A stretch of 64,000 nt of DNA from an uncultured bacterium (GCA_963825135.1 CAWGRW010000009.1:960001-1024000); one strand, 5' to 3'. Positions 29,842 to 40,467 are shown, counted from the stretch's first letter. Numbers and translations are program-made. The notes: generated by a model not told the origin, from the sequence alone.

Positions 29842-30162
29842 ATGGAAGACGTGCAGAAGAGAATAGAATCGCAGGTCGCGAGTAACAAAGTGGTTTTGTT
29901 TATGAAAGGAACGAGGGAAATGCCGCAGTGCGGATTTTCCGCAAAAGTCGTACAGATACTCAACTCGCACGGCGTAGGCTATGAAACCGTCGATGTGCTC
30001 GCCGACCCGGAGATCAGACAGGGTATCAAGGAATATTCCCAGTGGCCCACAATCCCCCAGCTCTATGTCGGAGGGAAGTTCATAGGCGGATGCGACATCT
30101 GCGTCGAAATGAACGAGTCCGGGGAGCTCGGGCCCATACTCAAAGACGCGGTAAGGGAATAA
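29842..30162 (+). CDS. grxD: Monothiol glutaredoxin (Grx4 family)
   Basis: CGFS, WPTIPQL, GGCD. Confidence 0.95.
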   Translation: MEDVQKRIESQVASNKVVLFMKGTREMPQCGFSAKVVQILNSHGVGYETVDVLADPEIRQGIKEYSQWPTIPQLYVGGKFIGGCDICVEMNESGELGPILKDAVRE

Positions 30163-30167
30163 ATATA

Positions 30168-30857
30168 TTACACGTTATGAAGCTCGGAATAGTAGTCAGA
30201 GAGTTTATCCCTTAGAATAAGCCTTGCCCTTAAAACCCTTGATTTCACAGCAGGAACCGAGAGTTTTAATATATCCGAAATTTCCTTGCTCGTGAGCCTT
30301 TCTATATCTTTCAAATGAAATGCAACCCTGTAATCCTCCGGCAGCTCGCTTATCGCCCTTTCGATCAGCTCTGTGCCTTCCCTGCCCAGTAACTGCGAAT
30401 CGGGCCTCCCGCTCCAGTCCTTCTCCTCTACCCCCTCGAGAACCCCGTAATCGTTATAGGGCTTGTAGTCGTCGAGGCTCGTCTCCTTGTCCCTGCTTTT
30501 TCTCATGTTGCGAATATACATAAAGCTCGCATTCGAAGCGACCCTGTAGAGCCAGGTCGAGAACCTGGACTCTTTCCTGAACGTAGACAGTTTTTCCACG
30601 AGTATGAGAAATACCTCCTGTAGAATCTCCTCGGCGTCGTTCTGGTTATTGGTTATCCGGTAAGCGAGCCTGTACACCTTTTCGCTGTACCTGCTCACAA
30701 GCTCGTTAAACGCATCCTCGCCCCGTCCGGCTACATACAGACTGACGAGCTCCTCATCGGTGAGGTCATTTATATTGGGCGCTGTTGCCAGGCTGGTTTT
30801 ATTCTTGAGACTCAACACCGAAATCATCCTTTCATGATTAGATCTAGCAGATTTCAT
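30168..30857 (-). CDS. ECF sigma factor
   Basis: DAEEILQEVF, FSTWLYRVA, AVKSRVLRAR. Confidence 0.9.
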   Translation of the reverse strand: MKSARSNHERMISVLSLKNKTSLATAPNINDLTDEELVSLYVAGRGEDAFNELVSRYSEKVYRLAYRITNNQNDAEEILQEVFLILVEKLSTFRKESRFSTWLYRVASNASFMYIRNMRKSRDKETSLDDYKPYNDYGVLEGVEEKDWSGRPDSQLLGREGTELIERAISELPEDYRVAFHLKDIERLTSKEISDILKLSVPAVKSRVLRARLILRDKLSDYYSELHNV

Positions 30858-30880
30858 AATGGCATCTCCTGATTCAATAA

Positions 30881-30901
30881 TATAGTTGACCGGTCTGTTT
30901 G
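30881..30901. promoter_or_regulatory. Putative TetR operator upstream of the ECF sigma gene
   Basis: TATAGTTGACC shared with 31573-31583. Confidence 0.5.
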
Positions 30902-30928
30902 TTGTTTAACAAAAAATATATAAACCAT

Positions 30929-31558
30929 TTACCCCACGGAATACGCTTCCGCTGTCTCCTTTCTCGATATACAGAGTTGTAATACCCCTTCACCGAGCCT
31001 TTTTAACATGTATGGGTCGTTAAACGTCTTACCCAGCAATATCATCCCCTCGATATAGGCGACCATGGCCAGCGACGTGGCGGCGGGGTCCGTTTCGGGG
31101 GGCAACACGCCCTCTTCGACGGCTTGAATAATTACCATTTCTAAATACTTGGTCCACTCACAGAATATAACCTCTATTTTCTTCCTTATCTCCTCGTCCT
31201 GCGTACTCAATTCAAGGGCCAGGTTCCCGAACCCGCAGCCGGTCATACATCCTGTGCAGTCCTTCCTGCTGGATTGGTGTTCATAAGACATCCTGAGCAG
31301 CGTCTCAAACTTATCGAGTGTCGAAGCATCGGAATTAAAAACCGGATCGAGCGTCTCATCTTTGAACTTCTTCCATATCAGATCGAGGGCTTCCAGAGTG
31401 AGGTCGCGCTTCGAAGGAAAAAAATGATAGAAGCTCCCCTTCTTCACTCCGGCGTGCTCGCAAAGCTCCTGAACCCCCACCGCATTATAGCTCCGGGTCC
31501 CGATCAGCTCGATTGCGCTGTTTATGAGGTTTTCCTTTGTGTCGCTCGTGCGTCCCAT
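30929..31558 (-). CDS. TetR family regulator (NemR-like, Cys-rich)
   Basis: GVKKGSFYHFFPSK HTH; CTGCMTGCGFGNLALE. Confidence 0.9.
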   Translation of the reverse strand: MGRTSDTKENLINSAIELIGTRSYNAVGVQELCEHAGVKKGSFYHFFPSKRDLTLEALDLIWKKFKDETLDPVFNSDASTLDKFETLLRMSYEHQSSRKDCTGCMTGCGFGNLALELSTQDEEIRKKIEVIFCEWTKYLEMVIIQAVEEGVLPPETDPAATSLAMVAYIEGMILLGKTFNDPYMLKRLGEGVLQLCISRKETAEAYSVG

Positions 31559-31572
31559 TTAACTCAACACCT

Positions 31573-31621
31573 TATAGTTGACCAGTTGGTAAAATATTAG
31601 CATGTATAACCCCGCTGTCAA
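31573..31621 (-). promoter_or_regulatory. TetR promoter with adjacent palindromic operator
   Basis: TTGACA-16-TAATAT (TG extended) followed by TTTACC-AACT-GGTCAA. Confidence 0.6.
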
Positions 31622-31789
31622 GGAGCTCCTGTAAATTCGCCACTTTAGGCAATCGGAAATGGGGCTCAAAAGATTGCAACTCCCTGTGACCCAACATTTA
31701 TTTCGTATTGGTGGAAATCATGAAAATTTTATGGCGCGGGGTTAGAAAAAAAGACCGGGCAGTGAGTATTCAACTTGCGAAAGCGTAAA

Positions 31790-32995
31790 TTAATGTTCTA
31801 TCAGACTCCTGAGCGCCGGGGCCGAATCGGAATGCCTGATCGTGGAAAGGGCTTTCTTTTCTATCTGCCTTATCCTTTCCCTCGTAAGATTGAACCTCTT
31901 TCCTATCTCGTCGAGCGTAAACGCGCCGTCATGCCCGATACCGAACCTCATACAGACGATCTCCCTCTCCCTTTCATCCAGCAGATGTAGGGCCCGCTCC
32001 ACGCTCTCGGGTATGGATACCTCGGCAATGAGCGAATCCACGGGCTTAGTATCCGAATCGGGGATATAATCCAGGTACGTCGCCTTTTCCCCGGACCAAA
32101 CGGGAGAATCGAGCCTGACCGTATTGACCCCGTTACCGGATTCCAGTATCTGCTTAACGTTCTCCACGCTCATTTCTACAGAGTCCGCGATCTCGAAGGG
32201 GTAGGGCTCCCTTCCCTTTTCATCCACGAATTTCCCGCGCTCCGTCCAGACCTTTCCCGCCTTTTCGAGAACGTAAGCAGGTATCTTTACGGTCCTCGTC
32301 TGGTTGAAGATACCCCTTATCATCCCTTGATTGATCCACCAGCATGCATAGGTCGAAAACCTGTAGCCCCTCGTATGGTCGAATCTTTCGACCGCTTTTA
32401 TAAGGCCCAGGTTCCCTTCCTGTATCAAATCGAGAAACGGTATGCCGCGGCCGACGTATTTCTTCGCCATGCTGGCTACGAGCCTGAGGTTAGCTTTAAT
32501 GAACCTGTCCTTTAATCTGCCTTCGGCGCCGATATAAGCTTCGAGCAGCATTACGAGCTTCCTCAACCGGCCCCTCTCTTCCTTTGTTAATCCCGGCTTC
32601 GATGCGTATTCATCGGCAAGTAACTTAATCTCGCCCGCGCACAGTTCTTTGTCGGCGCTGAGCTTTCTGCCGAGTATCCGGCTTATCGTTTTCTTTATAC
32701 GGAGCGAATGTACCGTGCATTCCCTCATCTTGGCGGCGATCTGAACCTCCTCTCTGTGGGTTAATAGCGATTCCGTGCCCACATCCTTGAAGTACGCGTT
32801 TACGAGTCTCAGTTCCTGATTAACGTCCTTAGGTCCGTCCGCGTCGCGCCCGGTCGCCGGAACGATGCCGGGTTCGTCCTCCCCCTCCGAATAATCGAAT
32901 TCGAGGCCCTCGGACTGAACCGCTACTTCCGCCGTATCAGGGGAATCATAATCGAGCCCGTCATAGAGAGCCTCGTATGAAACCGCCTTGTGCAT
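31790..32995 (-). CDS. RpoD/SigA-family alternative sigma70 factor
   Basis: ANLRLV, DLIQEGNLGL, FSTYACWWI, LTRERIRQIE; no evident region 1.1. Confidence 0.92.
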   Translation of the reverse strand: MHKAVSYEALYDGLDYDSPDTAEVAVQSEGLEFDYSEGEDEPGIVPATGRDADGPKDVNQELRLVNAYFKDVGTESLLTHREEVQIAAKMRECTVHSLRIKKTISRILGRKLSADKELCAGEIKLLADEYASKPGLTKEERGRLRKLVMLLEAYIGAEGRLKDRFIKANLRLVASMAKKYVGRGIPFLDLIQEGNLGLIKAVERFDHTRGYRFSTYACWWINQGMIRGIFNQTRTVKIPAYVLEKAGKVWTERGKFVDEKGREPYPFEIADSVEMSVENVKQILESGNGVNTVRLDSPVWSGEKATYLDYIPDSDTKPVDSLIAEVSIPESVERALHLLDEREREIVCMRFGIGHDGAFTLDEIGKRFNLTRERIRQIEKKALSTIRHSDSAPALRSLIEH

Positions 32996-33310
32996 TATAA
33001 CCCCTCCTCAAATATGGAATAGAAGCCTCCTGCGCGTGATAACCGTTCCCAAAGCAGGCAAAGTCCGGGCTTCTAATAAGAAACTACGTCAGTACCCCGG
33101 AGCGCGGATGAACACATGCAGAAAAGACCGGCTATTCCGGCGGTCAGGAGATGGGCAAGGGTTGCGGCAAGGGGGCCGGGGTCTCCCTTAATTCTTTAAT
33201 CAGAGGAAAGGGAGAATCCCCGATTTCAAGCGCCCCATCTAAATAAAGACGGCACTTTAACAAATTACAATATCGTATACAATATAACCCACGAAAAACG
33301 GAGGAAGGTA

Positions 33311-33853
33311 ATGGTGGCCAGATATATATATGCATTTGTAATCCTAAATTTCCTCTTATTATTCGGGTGTGCCAAAGGCCCGATCAACGTAAATGTATTC
33401 AAAGCGCCCAAGGCTGCGTCCTCGAGTTACGAAGTCATACTGATCCCGGACTTCAGGAAAACGGATCTGGAATGGGTGCCGTATGATTCCGGCACCGAAA
33501 TCGCCGACATGGTGGCAGAGGCGCTTAGGACGCAGAACAAATTTGAGGTTATAAGCCGTACGGATAAATTCGAGGGCCCTAAAAGCCAGAGAGTCCTTGT
33601 CGTCGAAGGTATAGTCAGCGGATATACACGCGGCTGCAAATACTGCGAATATGTTTTCAGGGGTTTTGATGACAAGGGAAAGATGTCCGTTCAGGTCAGG
33701 GTCACTTTGGTCGATGAAACTACGGGGGAAATCCTTGCCGATGTCGGTATTGACGGAAGGGCTAAACCCCCGGGCACCGGAAGAAGCAAGTATACAAGAG
33801 TTGTCAATGAGATTGTTAAGGTAATCGACACCGTTAATAACGGCAAGTCGTGA
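33311..33853 (+). CDS. Hypothetical lipoprotein (DUF4410/CsgG-like fold possible)
   Basis: Lipobox LLFG-C; VTLVDETTGEIL; CKYC; GGAGG SD. Confidence 0.7.
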   Translation: MVARYIYAFVILNFLLLFGCAKGPINVNVFKAPKAASSSYEVILIPDFRKTDLEWVPYDSGTEIADMVAEALRTQNKFEVISRTDKFEGPKSQRVLVVEGIVSGYTRGCKYCEYVFRGFDDKGKMSVQVRVTLVDETTGEILADVGIDGRAKPPGTGRSKYTRVVNEIVKVIDTVNNGKS

Positions 33854-34061
33854 TTGCCAACCAAATAAAATAACGATCTCTGCCGCGCTTGTGGATTCCG
33901 GTCTAAGTAATCGAAAGCTATGCCCGAGTTTAAGACGGATTATTATTTTTTCATGGCATGAACGGCGCGAATTTTCATAAACTTGTGAAAACTTAGCGAT
34001 TACTTATACTTAGTCGTATCCGAATCCACAAAAGAGGGGCAGGGATTGCGGTGAGGGAGAA

Positions 34062-35078
34062 ATGAAAACAAAGGTACTATTTTTTATACTCAGCGCGATA
34101 ACTGGGTTTTTTATCGCTTATACACATTACGATCTTATAATTGCCTCGGCAGCAGCCGTTCTATTGGGAGTTATCTCGACGGGTATCGTATCGGTACTCG
34201 AGCGCAATCTCAGAAACTACACGACCAAATCGTTTCTGGGCGCGGTCATTGGGATAGTCGCGGCCTCTTTTTCCTTTATGGCCGTCAAGGAAGTAGTGTC
34301 GGGCTTCGCGCTGCCGCCCGATGTCGTTTCGTATATCTCGGCTGCCTTCTTCCTTTTTCTTTTCTACACGGGCATAACGTTAGGTTACAGGAAAGGGAGG
34401 GAAACCGAACAGCAGACCGCGCGACGGGTTCATACGAGAACCGTGAGCGAGACGAAGATTCTGGATACCAGCGTTATCATAGACGGCAGAATAGCCGACG
34501 TCGCCGAAGCGGGGTTTATCAACGGGACGATGATAATCCCGAAATTCATAATAAAGGAACTTCAGCATATAGCGGATTCCTCAGAGCCCATTAAACGTGT
34601 ACGCGGACGGAGGGGGCTCGATGTGCTCAAGAGGATGCAGAAGGACATACCGAACGTCTCTGTAAAGATCACCAACCACGATTTCCCGAACATCAAAGAG
34701 GCCGACCTCAAGTTAGTAGAGCTGGCGAGGAGACTCAAGGGCATAATCATCACGAACGATTTCAACCTCAACAAAGTGGCGGGACTCCAGAACGTGAAGG
34801 TTATGAACCTGAACCAGCTCTCAAACGCCCTTAAGCCCGTGGTCCTTCCCGGTGAGACGATGAACATTCACGTCGTCAAAGAAGGCAAGGAAGAGAATCA
34901 GGGCATAGGCTATCTCGATGACGGCACAATGGTCGTTGTGGATGAAGCCAAGAGACACCTGGGTGACCATATCGAAGTATCCGTTACCAGCGTGCTCCAG
35001 ACCCCGACCGGAAGAATGATATTCTCGAGGGTCAAGGAAGAAGACAGCAAGCACATGGTTTCCGATTACCGTGGCTGA
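34062..35078 (+). CDS. PIN/TRAM domain membrane protein (YacL-like)
   Basis: LDTSVIIDGRI, TNDFNLNKVA, GYLDDGTMVVV; upstream of ispD. Confidence 0.92.
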   Translation: MKTKVLFFILSAITGFFIAYTHYDLIIASAAAVLLGVISTGIVSVLERNLRNYTTKSFLGAVIGIVAASFSFMAVKEVVSGFALPPDVVSYISAAFFLFLFYTGITLGYRKGRETEQQTARRVHTRTVSETKILDTSVIIDGRIADVAEAGFINGTMIIPKFIIKELQHIADSSEPIKRVRGRRGLDVLKRMQKDIPNVSVKITNHDFPNIKEADLKLVELARRLKGIIITNDFNLNKVAGLQNVKVMNLNQLSNALKPVVLPGETMNIHVVKEGKEENQGIGYLDDGTMVVVDEAKRHLGDHIEVSVTSVLQTPTGRMIFSRVKEEDSKHMVSDYRG

Positions 35079-35781
35079 TATACGCGCCTCGGCCGTGATT
35101 ACGGCGGCCGGTCAGGGAAAAAGGTTCGGGGAAGAAATTCCGAAGCAGTTCATGCCTCTTCGGGGAAAGCCCCTGCTCCTTCACTCGGTCGAAACATTCG
35201 CCGTGTCGGACTTAATCGGCGAGATAGTGATCGTCGTGCCCGACGACTGGGTGGAATCAGTAAAAATCGATATGGTAGAGAAGTTCGGCGTCCCAAAGGT
35301 GAGAAGCGTAATACCGGGGGGACCCGAAAGACAGGACTCCGTCCGTAACGGATTTTCCTCCCTGTCCGAGAAACCCGATATCGTAGTTGTTCATGACGGC
35401 GTTCGCCCGTTTATCACTCTCGAGCTGCTCGAAGAAGTCATAAGAGAGGCATCCGTCTGCGGAGCCGCCCTGGCGGCGCTTCCCTCAAACGATACCATCA
35501 AGAAATCATCGCCCGACCTCTACGTCGAAAACACTGTCCCGAGAGAATCTCTCTGGTTCGCGCAGACCCCCCAGGCATTCAGATATGAAGTCCTGCAGAA
35601 CGCTTTCATCAGGGCGTCCGAAGACGGGTTTACCGGCACGGACGAAGCCTTGCTCGTGGAGAGGACCGGCGTGAAGGTTAAGATCGTGAAAGGCTCCCCG
35701 TATAACATCAAGATTACGACGCCCGAGGACTTCAGGCTCGGAGAGCTTATTTTGAAAGAAGGTATAGGCGGCGCAAGGTAA
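35071..35781 (+). CDS. ispD: 2-C-methyl-D-erythritol 4-phosphate cytidylyltransferase
   Basis: AAGQGKRF, HDGVRP, AQTPQ, NIKITT. Confidence 0.95.
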   Translation: MADIRASAVITAAGQGKRFGEEIPKQFMPLRGKPLLLHSVETFAVSDLIGEIVIVVPDDWVESVKIDMVEKFGVPKVRSVIPGGPERQDSVRNGFSSLSEKPDIVVVHDGVRPFITLELLEEVIREASVCGAALAALPSNDTIKKSSPDLYVENTVPRESLWFAQTPQAFRYEVLQNAFIRASEDGFTGTDEALLVERTGVKVKIVKGSPYNIKITTPEDFRLGELILKEGIGGAR

Positions 35782-35848
35782 AATCGTCCCCGGCCCTTCC
35801 AAAAAAGACATGATTATTTATGATTACTACGTATAAAGAGTCGCATCA

Positions 35849-36331
35849 ATGTATAGAATAGGATTCGGGTTCGACGCCCACAGGTTCACTGAAGGCAGGA
35901 AGCTCGTACTGGGCGGCGCGGAGATACCGTTCGAGCTCGGACTGTCGGGACATTCCGACGCCGACGTGCTCACTCATGCCGTATGCGACGCGCTCCTGGG
36001 GGCAATGGGGGAGGGAGACATAGGCACCCACTTCCCGGACAGCGATCCTCAATATAAGGGCATGTCGAGCCTCTCGTTCCTGAGTGAGATTTTGAAGCTT
36101 ATTAGCAAGAAAGGATACGAAATCGGGAACATCGACAGTGTGATTGTATGCGAAAAACCGAAGATCGCCCCGCACGTTCCCGCCATAAAGAGTAAGCTCT
36201 CTCAGGCCTCCGGCATCCCGGAGACGGCTCTCGGCATCAAGGCCACCACCACCGACCGCATGGGCTTTACGGGCCGGGGCGAAGGTATAGCGTCCTATGC
36301 GGTCGCATTGATTATAAAACACCCGGATTGA
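35849..36331 (+). CDS. ispF: 2-C-methyl-D-erythritol 2,4-cyclodiphosphate synthase
   Basis: GFDAH, GHSDADV, GDIG, KATT, GRGEG. Confidence 0.96.
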   Translation: MYRIGFGFDAHRFTEGRKLVLGGAEIPFELGLSGHSDADVLTHAVCDALLGAMGEGDIGTHFPDSDPQYKGMSSLSFLSEILKLISKKGYEIGNIDSVIVCEKPKIAPHVPAIKSKLSQASGIPETALGIKATTTDRMGFTGRGEGIASYAVALIIKHPD

Positions 36332-36502
36332 ACCGTTCTCCGGTCGGCCCCAGGCCGGGAGACGCCCATCAGACCGAGCCGCCGCATATACCGCAATTCC
36401 CGAAAACGGATTCCTCCATTGCGATAGAGCTCCCGGCGCAGTCCATACATTAAAAAGTAATTCAAACTTTTATTTGTGAACCGTCCCCGCTTCATCATAT
36501 AA

Positions 36503-38947
36503 TTGATAGCTGTATCTCAGCTCGGACTATACGCTCCACGGGAACAGATGCTAACGCAAATGACAGCCACCTTACGGGGATTCACGGCAAGATATAAGAT
36601 AATCCCCCCTCTACTTGGATTGATTACCGGCATCCTCCTGAGCGAGTACCTTGGAAGTCCCTGGCTCGCAATCACTATATTGGCCCCTGTCGCGGGTATT
36701 TCGGCCCTTCTATTTCCCTCTCTCAGGTTCCTGATATTTATCCCGATCGGCCTTCTTTTCAGCGCCGGCCCGTTTGATTCCCCGGGGGTAAGCGTTACAT
36801 CGTTTTCGGGGACGAAGATCGACCTCGAAGGGACCGTCTACAGGTCCCCCGAAAAAAAAGAAACGGGATCGAGACTCTTTTTAGACTCCGAGTATGCGAT
36901 AGCAGACGGGGTCTCAAGCCCCGTGTCGGGAAAGGTCATAATATCCACCGCGGGGGAAGCCCCCGGGGTTTCATACGGAGATCGGATTCGCGTAATCGGC
37001 CTCAAGCTCAAGCCCATAAATAATTACCGGAACCCGGGCGGATTTGACGTGAGAAAGTATTACGAAAGACAGGGCGTCTACGCGACCGGGTTCGTCGAGG
37101 GAGACGAGTACATCATCTCCTTCGGGCGCGATAAATCCTACAGCCCAGTCATATATTCCCTCGACAGGCTCAGGCTCGAGTACGGAAACTATGTGAGGGA
37201 GAATTTTAGCTCCCCGGAGAACGAGATTCTGAACGCGCTTACGATAGGCGAGGACGGGGGCATCCCGCCCGGCGTAAGGGCCGAGTTCTCCAAAGCGGGA
37301 GTCGCTCATGTGCTCTCCATATCGGGTCTCCATGTGGGGGCGATAGCCGTAGTCCTCTTTCTGCTCATCAAGTGGCTGCTCAAGCGTTCCCAATACCTGA
37401 TGCTCCGGTTCAAGGTCGTAAGAATCGCGGCGGCCCTCACGATACTCCCGCTGTTCTTCTATACCGCAGTCGCCGGTTTTAACACGCCCGCGGTCAGGGC
37501 CTTTTTAATGATTTCCGTCTTCTTCCTCGCGATAATCGCCGGGAGAAACGAGAACAAGATAAACACCCTGTGCGTCGCGGCGTTCATCATTCTGTTATGG
37601 CACCCGTGGTCGCTATTCGAGCTTTCGTTCCAGCTCTCGTTCGCGGCCGTCCTCGGTATCCTCCTTGCCCACAAGTACTTTCCATTCAGGTTCGGCACGC
37701 TGAGAGATAAAGCGGCAACGCTTATAAAAACCACTTGCGCCGCTACGTTCGCGACCTTCCCGTTAATAATAAATTCATTCGGGATTCTGCCGGTCGTATC
37801 GATACCGGCGAATATGATTATGGTACCGCTCGTCGAGCTCCTGATAGTCCCCCTGGGACTCCTCTCCTTTCTTGCGTTCATAATTTCCGGGCACATCGCC
37901 GAGCCGTTGATATCGGTCAACATACACTTCATCCGGATGATGGTGTTCGGTATAGGGAAACTGCTCGAAATTCCCTATTCGTCCCTGACTATTCCCCCCT
38001 TGAGCGTCCCGAGCCTTGTGCTGTTCGCCGCCCTGGGCGTCTCCGTCCTGCTTTCGGGCAAGCAGAGGATATTCAGATACTGCCTCCCCTTTCTGGCGAT
38101 TGCCTTCATATTGAGCGCGGCATATCCCGTTGTTAGAAAGAAGACAGAGCACAACCTGATCGTCAATTTCCTCGACGCCGGCGAAGATAAAAATATCGTT
38201 TTTATCGAGCTCCCCGGGGGTGAGAACATTCTGATCGACGGCGGTTATTCCAATCTGGACAGAAAGGGTTATATCGAAAGAAACGTAGCCGGCAGATTTT
38301 TGCTCCACTCGGGGGTAAACAAAATCGACTACCTGATCCTGACGTCGACCGATAGGGACCATTTGAGCGGAGCCTCGTATCTGCTTGAGAATTTCAACGT
38401 CGCCAGGGTTTTTACAAACGGAGATAAGCTCGACGGGGGTCTTTGGGAAGCCATTAAGGATAAGAACGTCGAATGGAAAGATCTGGCCGGTATCGATGAG
38501 GTCCCTCTCGGTCCCGGGCTCGGAATGGAGATATTAAAACCGGGACGGAATTTCGTAATCAAGGACTCGTCCCTGCCTCGTCCTCTTGCCGTCAGGGTTA
38601 GATACGGGGAAGAAGCGCTGCTCATGGGGGAAGCCCTGGACGATGCCGGGGCGATGACCGCGTTAATCGATGCGTACGGAGGGGGACTTGCGAGCAGGGT
38701 CCTTTACATGCCTGATATAGAGAAGGACGCCGCACTGCCCGTATTCCTCCGGACGGTGTCCCCGGGCCTATTGGTAACAGGCGAATTCGACCCCTCTCAG
38801 GCAAACGAGGACACCGTTTTACGGAAAGAAATATCCCGTATGACCCTCCTCGAAACCTCTAAAGACGGCGCTGTCACGATCAAGACCGGAGGCTCGAAGC
38901 TAAGCGCCGAAACGTATATCGGTGATAAGACGGTGAACTTACGGTAA
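36503..38947 (+). CDS. comEC: ComEC/Rec2 competence protein (start uncertain)
   Basis: NPGGFD, HVLSISGLH, FQLSF; degenerate metallo-beta-lactamase C-terminal domain. Confidence 0.92.
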   Translation: MIAVSQLGLYAPREQMLTQMTATLRGFTARYKIIPPLLGLITGILLSEYLGSPWLAITILAPVAGISALLFPSLRFLIFIPIGLLFSAGPFDSPGVSVTSFSGTKIDLEGTVYRSPEKKETGSRLFLDSEYAIADGVSSPVSGKVIISTAGEAPGVSYGDRIRVIGLKLKPINNYRNPGGFDVRKYYERQGVYATGFVEGDEYIISFGRDKSYSPVIYSLDRLRLEYGNYVRENFSSPENEILNALTIGEDGGIPPGVRAEFSKAGVAHVLSISGLHVGAIAVVLFLLIKWLLKRSQYLMLRFKVVRIAAALTILPLFFYTAVAGFNTPAVRAFLMISVFFLAIIAGRNENKINTLCVAAFIILLWHPWSLFELSFQLSFAAVLGILLAHKYFPFRFGTLRDKAATLIKTTCAATFATFPLIINSFGILPVVSIPANMIMVPLVELLIVPLGLLSFLAFIISGHIAEPLISVNIHFIRMMVFGIGKLLEIPYSSLTIPPLSVPSLVLFAALGVSVLLSGKQRIFRYCLPFLAIAFILSAAYPVVRKKTEHNLIVNFLDAGEDKNIVFIELPGGENILIDGGYSNLDRKGYIERNVAGRFLLHSGVNKIDYLILTSTDRDHLSGASYLLENFNVARVFTNGDKLDGGLWEAIKDKNVEWKDLAGIDEVPLGPGLGMEILKPGRNFVIKDSSLPRPLAVRVRYGEEALLMGEALDDAGAMTALIDAYGGGLASRVLYMPDIEKDAALPVFLRTVSPGLLVTGEFDPSQANEDTVLRKEISRMTLLETSKDGAVTIKTGGSKLSAETYIGDKTVNLR

Positions 38948-38956
38948 CCTTTCGGT

Positions 38957-39433
38957 GTGTCGAGATATATATTCCTTCTTATAATCCTCGCCCTCGCTCT
39001 GATACTTTATTTCTTTCCGCGCGGGGACGATAGCGGAGAGATAAAGGCCCTATTCGACGAGATTATAGAAGCGGCCGGGAAGAGGGACTACGACGGCATT
39101 ACGGAGCATTTTTCGGTTCAGTATAAAGACGAATACGGAGCCGGTTACCCCGTCGTTAAGAACATCATCATTAAGGTTTTTGAAAAGTACGACAGCGTCG
39201 AGGCCTCATACTCCGGCCTCTCGGTAGTTATCAATAATAATGAGTACGGGGAAAAAGAGGCCGCCGCGAATATGGACGTCGAGGTGACGGGATACAAATC
39301 GGGTATCCCCGATAAATTAATAGGAAACAGCGAATCCCCCGACAACATCACTGTCACGCTCAGAAAGTCCGGTCTCGGCGGATGGAAGATCACCCGTGTC
39401 GAAGGGCTCGACGACCAGGACGATTATGAATAG
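38957..39433 (+). CDS. Hypothetical membrane-anchored protein (NTF2-like fold possible)
   Basis: N-terminal TM; C-terminal GGWKITRVE. Confidence 0.65.
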   Translation: MSRYIFLLIILALALILYFFPRGDDSGEIKALFDEIIEAAGKRDYDGITEHFSVQYKDEYGAGYPVVKNIIIKVFEKYDSVEASYSGLSVVINNNEYGEKEAAANMDVEVTGYKSGIPDKLIGNSESPDNITVTLRKSGLGGWKITRVEGLDDQDDYE

Positions 39434-39463
39434 CTCTTACCTCTTTACCGCCGTACCATATAA

Positions 39464-40222
39464 CTATTCGTCCGCCCCGCTCATCCTGCCGTTAATGAAG
39501 TCGCTCAGGATCTCTATATCGGATTTGTCCGCCTCGTCCACAGTCCCGGTAAAAATAATCTTCCCGTGATGGAGAAACGCTAACCTGTCCGATATCTCGA
39601 ACGCGCTCTTGACGTCGTGCGTGATGATCACCGCGGTAATTCCGAACTGCGCCTGCATATCCCTGATCAGCTGGTTAATTCTGCTTATGTTGGGCGGGTC
39701 GAGCCCCGTCGTAGGCTCGTCGTAGAGAAGAATTTGCGGGTTCATCGCCATTGCCCTCGCGAGCCCTACCCTCTTTTTCATACCGCCGCTCAGGTCGGAA
39801 GGCATTTTATCCTCTATACCCGGCAGCCCGACGAGCTCGAGGTTTTTGGCGACCATATCCTTGATTTCGTTCTCGGGCAGTTTCGTATTCTCCCTGAGCG
39901 GGTAAGCGACGTTCTCCTCGACCGTAAGCGAATCGAAAAGAGCGGAGCCCTGAAACAGCATCCCCATCTTTTTCCTCACGTGAACGAGCTCGCTCTCTTC
40001 TAACGATATTATGCTTTCGCCTTCCACAAGAACATCGCCCGAGTCGGGCTTCAGGAGCCCCGTGATTTCCTTGAGCAGGACGCTCTTCCCCGAGCCGCTC
40101 CCGCCGAGCACAGTGATGTTTTCCCCTTTTTTTATGGACAAGGTGAGCCCCATATGGACTTCCTTGGGGCCAAAGGACTTGTAAACATCCTTTACATCGA
40201 TAATTATTTCATCCTGCATCAA
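39464..40222 (-). CDS. ABC transporter ATP-binding protein (MlaF/Ttg2A-like)
   Basis: GGSGSGKS, LFQGSALFDS, LSGGMKKRVGLARA, YDEPTTGLDP. Confidence 0.9.
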   Translation of the reverse strand: MMQDEIIIDVKDVYKSFGPKEVHMGLTLSIKKGENITVLGGSGSGKSVLLKEITGLLKPDSGDVLVEGESIISLEESELVHVRKKMGMLFQGSALFDSLTVEENVAYPLRENTKLPENEIKDMVAKNLELVGLPGIEDKMPSDLSGGMKKRVGLARAMAMNPQILLYDEPTTGLDPPNISRINQLIRDMQAQFGITAVIITHDVKSAFEISDRLAFLHHGKIIFTGTVDEADKSDIEILSDFINGRMSGADE

Positions 40223-40288
40223 TACCGCCGCTTTAGTGGATATTGAAATATCGAAAACGGTAACTATATTCTCAGAGAATCAGTTGGG

Positions 40289-40317
40289 ATTGTAATTATA
40301 CAACGGTAATTTGTCAA
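40289..40317 (-). promoter_or_regulatory. Sigma70-type promoter
   Basis: TTGACA-17-TACAAT. Confidence 0.6.
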
Positions 40318-40467
40318 AATAGTCAGGAGCTTCGTAACATAACACCAATTCACTTTCAAAATTGACTTTTTCTGTTTATCAATGTATAAAAAATGCTTAT
40401 AAATGACGGTTGCATAACGTTAATATACCCCTGATAACGGCCTTGCAGCGGTTTGGGATCGCACACA

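Noticed and set aside
34062..35078. PIN domain as a toxin-antitoxin toxin
   Set aside because: It is the conserved membrane PIN/TRAM gene normally linked to ispD-ispF.
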